Assembly (NCBI GenBank): GCA_024275415.1
Contig: JAJRZD010000092.1
Coordinates: 1-20,812, forward strand
Source of the DNA: an archaeon
Lineage (GTDB): Archaea; Asgardarchaeota; Thorarchaeia; Thorarchaeales; Thorarchaeaceae
Length of the DNA stretch: 20,812 nt
Direction of reading: 5' to 3'
In this document: piece after piece, positions 16,699 through 20,812 of the stretch
Layout of the letters: each line of letters opens with the position of its first letter
Position numbering within the stretch: the stretch's first letter is position 1
The notes under the pieces: model-generated
What the model was told of the DNA's origin: nothing
Databases searched by the model: none
The model's input: the letters and a program-made list of their open reading frames with translations, nothing else
Program-made: the position numbers and the translations under genes

Positions 16699-18156
16699 TC
16701 ATAGCACCGTGGTATAAAACTCTGATGCTGTCTTAAAGACATCAGTAGTTCCTTCGCCTGTGAGGCATGAGGTTTCGATGAAAGCCACTGGATGTAAGTT
16801 GTTCTCATCACCAAGGCGCTTTGCCAAGGTTTCAGCCATCTTGAAACCCTCGTCGCTAGTCACAGCAGGTTCGAGCGGATCCGGTTCGCCTGAATCGCGG
16901 ATGTCCTTCTTGTTACCAACAATCACGACAGGGGGAATCTTTTGATGCTTTATGGTTGCCTCCCGTAGCCAGAAGTCAATGCTCTCGAAACTCCACCTGT
17001 CAGAAACCGCATAGATGATTATGATCACATCGACCTCATCATAGAATTCTTTGCGAGATATTCTCATCTGAGCGGCATCGTCGAAAAGCCACACATTCAG
17101 GTTTACCCGATAATCATCAAGTTGGAACAGCCCAGACCGAATGTGGGACTGCGCTTCACCCTCGTCGTTTTGTGGGACACGAAGTTGTGCTTTTTCCACA
17201 AGACTATGTTTGCCAACACCGTCTTCACCCAACAAAACGGCTTTTGCAGAAACAAGAGGCTTTACAGCATGGATCGGAGTCCTTCTCGTAGGGGTCAAGA
17301 CTTCCTCAGTTCGCGCAGGTTCTGTCGTCGTGTCAGTCTGGACTTCCTCATCAATGGCTTTCTGGGCGACACGAGGCGGAACATCTGGTACGGAAGCAAC
17401 AGGTGAGGTGACCGGCGATGTCTGTGCTTCAGTGGTCATTTCGTCCATGTGTGGAACAATTATCTCATCTGTTGTGTCGGCAGGTGATACAGTATCTACC
17501 TGATCCTCAATTAGACTGGGCTCACTTGGTATTGTCGCGTCCGAGGCCTCGATAGTTTCGACACCTTGCACAGTGATCTTGATTTGAGGTCGTGTCTTTG
17601 AAAGACTGGCAGCACCTGTGGGTGCCATGAAAGAATCACTAAGCCGCTCTACGGCATAAAGGGCATCCTCGATGTCTGGCATGTCTTTCTCTGTAATCAG
17701 AACGACTTCACCGGGTTGGATATCTATCTTCTTAGAAGGCTCGGTTTCTTTCACTATCTCAAGCCTGCTTGCAGGTTCTATAGGCATCTCATGATACGTT
17801 GTGGTACTCGTGAGCGCGGAAGGGACTTCATCAGATGTAACAGGAGGCGCAGTATCAGCTGACTCTTGAACCACTCCAGTTGTCTGAGATATGATACGTT
17901 TTGCTCTTGGGACTCCTATCTTTATCAAGGTGTCCGCAATGGTGCCGGGAGGAAGAATCTTTCCTTGCGCCTTGAAGAAAATCTCAAGATCCTCTGCTAC
18001 GTCTTCAAAAGACCTGTTCCTCACAGGAATCTTCTTCTTTACCATACCTTTATCCCGCACTTCCACATACCCGGGAAGCAATGTGACGGCTATAGTTGTT
18101 CCAGGCACTCTCAGAGATCTCATACCCCATTGGAATCTTTTGTCTAAGAATGTCAC
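16699..18156 (-). CDS. Ras-superfamily small-GTPase-like protein with long N-terminal extension and degenerate G1-G3 motifs
   Basis: 485 aa. The C-terminal ~180 aa show the Ras fold pattern: KAVLLGEDGVGKH, IIIIYAVSDRWSFESIDFW, PVVIVGNKKD, FIETSCLTGEG..VF. Residues ~90-300 are low-complexity and P/T/E/S/D-rich. Confidence 0.85.
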   Translation of the reverse strand: MTFLDKRFQWGMRSLRVPGTTIAVTLLPGYVEVRDKGMVKKKIPVRNRSFEDVAEDLEIFFKAQGKILPPGTIADTLIKIGVPRAKRIISQTTGVVQESADTAPPVTSDEVPSALTSTTTYHEMPIEPASRLEIVKETEPSKKIDIQPGEVVLITEKDMPDIEDALYAVERLSDSFMAPTGAASLSKTRPQIKITVQGVETIEASDATIPSEPSLIEDQVDTVSPADTTDEIIVPHMDEMTTEAQTSPVTSPVASVPDVPPRVAQKAIDEEVQTDTTTEPARTEEVLTPTRRTPIHAVKPLVSAKAVLLGEDGVGKHSLVEKAQLRVPQNDEGEAQSHIRSGLFQLDDYRVNLNVWLFDDAAQMRISRKEFYDEVDVIIIIYAVSDRWSFESIDFWLREATIKHQKIPPVVIVGNKKDIRDSGEPDPLEPAVTSDEGFKMAETLAKRLGDENNLHPVAFIETSCLTGEGTTDVFKTASEFYTTVL

Positions 18157-18260
18157 TCAAGGTCTTAACTGTTTCGCGGGCGAGCGGTCAAAAAACTAGG
18201 AAATTCATTTGGACAGAAAGAAATATGTTCACATTGTGAAGCTCCAAGGGTGAACGAATT

Positions 18261-18821
18261 ATGACAGAGATTGATTTTAGAGACTATGTGGAAGTGATAA
18301 AGGATTGGCCTGAACCCGGCAAAGCGGTTTGCGACATAAGCCGCTTGTTGGAACATCCTACAGTCTTTCATGAGGCTGTCGTTCGTTTGGCGAAGCCATT
18401 TCTTGATGTGCAACCGAACAAGGTGATTGGCATAGAGCAGCGTGGCCTTGCATTGGGCAGTGCCGTTGCATACTATCTAGGCTGTGGTATTATCCCTGCT
18501 CGCTCTATTGCATACCTTCCGGAGGACTACAGCAGACCTGTGGAGTTTATCCCAACTGATAGACTGGCTGACCGAAGGCTGGCACTTGTAGCCGAGTCTA
18601 TCGATCCTGGTGATCGGGTGGCAATAGTCGATGATTGGTTGGTACATGGTACTTCGGTGCTGGCAGTTGAGAAGATTGTGGAAAAGCTCGGTGCTCAAGT
18701 CGTTGGTGTTGCCTGTGTAATCAATAATCTCTCTGAAGCTCGCCGAAAGCTTCTTGGACGCCCTGAGATACACTCGCTCATCGAGAATCTGGAAACCGAT
18801 ATGTTTAGACACACTGATTGA
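18261..18821 (+). CDS. Adenine phosphoribosyltransferase-like protein (type I PRTase), divergent
   Basis: 186 aa. DWPEPG..DI (cf. DFPKPG..DI), GIEQRG (cf. GIEARG), PRPP-binding RVAIVDDWLVHGTS. No symbol given because catalytic motifs deviate. Confidence 0.75.
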   Translation: MTEIDFRDYVEVIKDWPEPGKAVCDISRLLEHPTVFHEAVVRLAKPFLDVQPNKVIGIEQRGLALGSAVAYYLGCGIIPARSIAYLPEDYSRPVEFIPTDRLADRRLALVAESIDPGDRVAIVDDWLVHGTSVLAVEKIVEKLGAQVVGVACVINNLSEARRKLLGRPEIHSLIENLETDMFRHTD

Positions 18822-18857
18822 ACATATCATTCCAGTTCCTTCTTGTCGGCAAATCAT

Positions 18858-18895
18858 AAAAAAAGGAACACGAGAGACCCCGGCTGGGGACTCTC
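18858..18895 (-). terminator. Hairpin + U-tract terminator downstream of the acyl-CoA ligase
   Basis: The minus strand reads GAGAG-T-CCCC-AGCC-GGGG-T-CTCTC (18895-18872), then GTGTTCC and T7 (18864-18858). It starts 9 nt after the stop codon and lies between convergent genes. Confidence 0.6.
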
Positions 18896-18904
18896 CCTTA
18901 AATT

Positions 18905-20620
18905 CTAGTCTTCTTGCTGCCTTAATTCTCGTCGTAGAACCTTTCCGACCTGTGACTTGGGCAGTGTTTCGACGAACTCCACATGGGTTGGTACCTTGTA
19001 GACAGCCATCTTCTCTTTGCAAAATGCCCGAATCTCATCTACTGTCGCTGTCTGTCCGGGTTCCAACACGATGAATGCCTTGACGGTTTCTCCCCGGGTT
19101 TCGTCAGGGATTCCCACAACAGCAGCCTCAAGTACCTTCGGATGTTCGAAGAGGACCTCTTCAACTTCATTGGGCCACACCTTGTAACCGGATGCATTGA
19201 TCAGGTCTTTCTTCCTGTCTACGATGAATGTCCAGCCATCCTCATCCATCTTTGCGATGTCTCCAGTGTAAAGCCATCCGTCCCTCAGGACATCTGCGGT
19301 TTCATCAGGTCTGTTGTGATATCCTTTCATGACCTGGGGACCTTTGACGGCAAGCTCACCAATCTCGCCTGGGGAAAGTGTCTTGCTCTTATCATCCAGA
19401 TCTACAATCTTGGAATAGGTACTCGGGAAAGGCAGTCCGATGGAGCCGACTTTCCGTTTCTCCTTATCCAATGGGTTGGCGTGTGTGACTGGACTTGCTT
19501 CGGATAGCCCATAGCCTTCAATGATAATGGATTTGGTTGCTTCTTCGAACCTACGGGTCACTTCTGCGGGCAATGCCATGGCACCAGCAATCGAGAGCTT
19601 GAGGGAGGTTATGTCGTACTTGTCAACATCTGGATAGCTATAGATTCCAATTGCAAGGGTCGCAACGATTGGGAAGAAAGTAGGCTTCAAATCATTGATG
19701 GTCTTGAGGAGTTTCTTGATATCGCGTGCGTTAGGAATGAGGATTATTCCACAGCCCCATGATACAGGCAGATTCATTGATACAGTCTGCCCGAAGATGT
19801 GCTGGATTGGCAGTGCAGCGACAAATCTTTCCTTGCCCCGGTCTGACATCCATTCCATCCATGCGGCACATTGTTCACAGTTTGCTTTGAGATTGTTATG
19901 TGTCAACATTGCAGCCTTAGGAATGCCTGTTGTCCCGCCTGTGAACTGGTAGACGGCTAAGTCGTTGGCGGGGTCTATCTCGACTTGTGGAGGTTCAGGA
20001 ACGAGTGTCGCTAGCCAGTCATTCCAGAGCAGGTCGCCTTCCTTCAGAGGAGGAACCTCCTTCATCTCCTTTCGAAAGACAAGCTTCGGAGCAAGGATCT
20101 GTTTCATCTTGCTCAATGGATCCCATGCGGCAGTGACGATGACATTCTCAAGGTTTGTTTCTTCTCTTATCGCCATGACGTTCTTGTAGAAGAAATTCAA
20201 CGTGATGATGGTCTTGGCCCCGGTATCCTGCAGGTATATCCTAAGCTCCTTTGGCATTGCAAGGGGATTAACGGGCGTCACGATAGCCCCACATTTGAGA
20301 GCTGCATAATAAGATATGACGAACTGTGGGCAATTCGGCAACATGATGGCTACTGCATCACCCTTCTTCACACCCAGATTGGCAAGTCCGTATGCGACTT
20401 TGTCCACAGCCTCTCCAAGCTCACTATATGTCATTTCTATTCCCTCATAGTAGAGGGCAACATTATCTGGGAACTCCTTGATAGCCCTGTCTAGGTACCC
20501 ATAGAGGGGGCCTTCAGGAATCTCGATATCGGAGGGAGTTCCACCCACATAATGCTTTAACCAAGGTCTTTCCACAATTTTTTCTCTCCAGAGATTTCTC
20601 GATTCAATAGGAGATTTCAT
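18905..20620 (-). CDS. fadD: Long-chain-fatty-acid--CoA ligase (ANL adenylate-forming family)
   Basis: 571 aa. PWLKHY, P-loop YQFTGGTTGIPKAA, EGYGLSE, YTGDI, DRKKDLI.SGYKVWPNEVE, terminal lysine motif GKVLR. Confidence 0.9.
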   Translation of the reverse strand: MKSPIESRNLWREKIVERPWLKHYVGGTPSDIEIPEGPLYGYLDRAIKEFPDNVALYYEGIEMTYSELGEAVDKVAYGLANLGVKKGDAVAIMLPNCPQFVISYYAALKCGAIVTPVNPLAMPKELRIYLQDTGAKTIITLNFFYKNVMAIREETNLENVIVTAAWDPLSKMKQILAPKLVFRKEMKEVPPLKEGDLLWNDWLATLVPEPPQVEIDPANDLAVYQFTGGTTGIPKAAMLTHNNLKANCEQCAAWMEWMSDRGKERFVAALPIQHIFGQTVSMNLPVSWGCGIILIPNARDIKKLLKTINDLKPTFFPIVATLAIGIYSYPDVDKYDITSLKLSIAGAMALPAEVTRRFEEATKSIIIEGYGLSEASPVTHANPLDKEKRKVGSIGLPFPSTYSKIVDLDDKSKTLSPGEIGELAVKGPQVMKGYHNRPDETADVLRDGWLYTGDIAKMDEDGWTFIVDRKKDLINASGYKVWPNEVEEVLFEHPKVLEAAVVGIPDETRGETVKAFIVLEPGQTATVDEIRAFCKEKMAVYKVPTHVEFVETLPKSQVGKVLRRELRQQED

Positions 20621-20812
20621 TCAATCGGTTGCATTTATTGTTTATGGGCAATCGAATCTGATAGGTGGAATGAGAGACTCCAGAGTCCGGGCCCTTCGGA
20701 AAGTGTCAGTATGTGAACTATTATACAGGTTCTCGGGTCTGCGTTCTACAAGAACAGGCAGAAGCTTTGGATTAGGTTTGAGCGATGCGGACAATACCAA
20801 TCCCTGTTACGT

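Noticed and set aside
16605-16814. Upstream extension of the zinc-finger ORF to 174 aa
   Set aside because: Overlaps the GTPase gene by 116 nt, spans AT-rich promoter-like sequence, and an SD-like AGGAAG precedes ATG 16604.
1690-18821. Selenocysteine or pyrrolysine read-through of UGA/UAG stops
   Set aside because: Recognisable proteins end at their expected C-termini, and the read-through frames I checked gave no meaningful extension.
286-20189. Numerous antisense or alternate-frame ORFs of 60-180 aa (e.g. 286-651, 1206-1589, 9830-10204, 10211-10543, 12688-13059, 14305-14616, 17141-17503, 18477-19022, 18983-19507)
   Set aside because: They lie inside or opposite well-supported genes and show no recognisable motifs; typical shadow ORFs.

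Overview
Gene-dense archaeal chromosomal window with no mobile element, CRISPR array, tRNA or rRNA visible. The archaeal TBP, Thermococcales-like AsnRS, Ras-superfamily GTPase-like protein and heavily N-glycosylated Ig-repeat surface protein suggest an Asgard archaeon, possibly Thorarchaeia (inference, no database search run). Gene order: tbp (-), alpha/beta-hydrolase lipase (+), Ig-repeat surface glycoprotein (+), asnS (+), orphan beta-class amino DNA methyltransferase (+), two small membrane proteins, a four-gene type VII (MacB/LolCDE-like) ABC operon (-) whose last ATPase carries a C-terminal AbrB-like domain, a 4-TM protein (+), a two-zinc-finger protein (-), a long Ras-like protein with degenerate G motifs (-), a divergent APRT-like protein (+), and a long-chain acyl-CoA ligase (-). 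Most notable: (1) a probable Ras/Rho-like pseudo-GTPase next to a classical C2H2 zinc-finger gene; (2) four TTATAA boxes packed directly upstream of the TBP gene, suggesting autoregulation; (3) an AsnRS lacking the invariant motif-2 arginine; (4) bacterial-style hairpin terminators.
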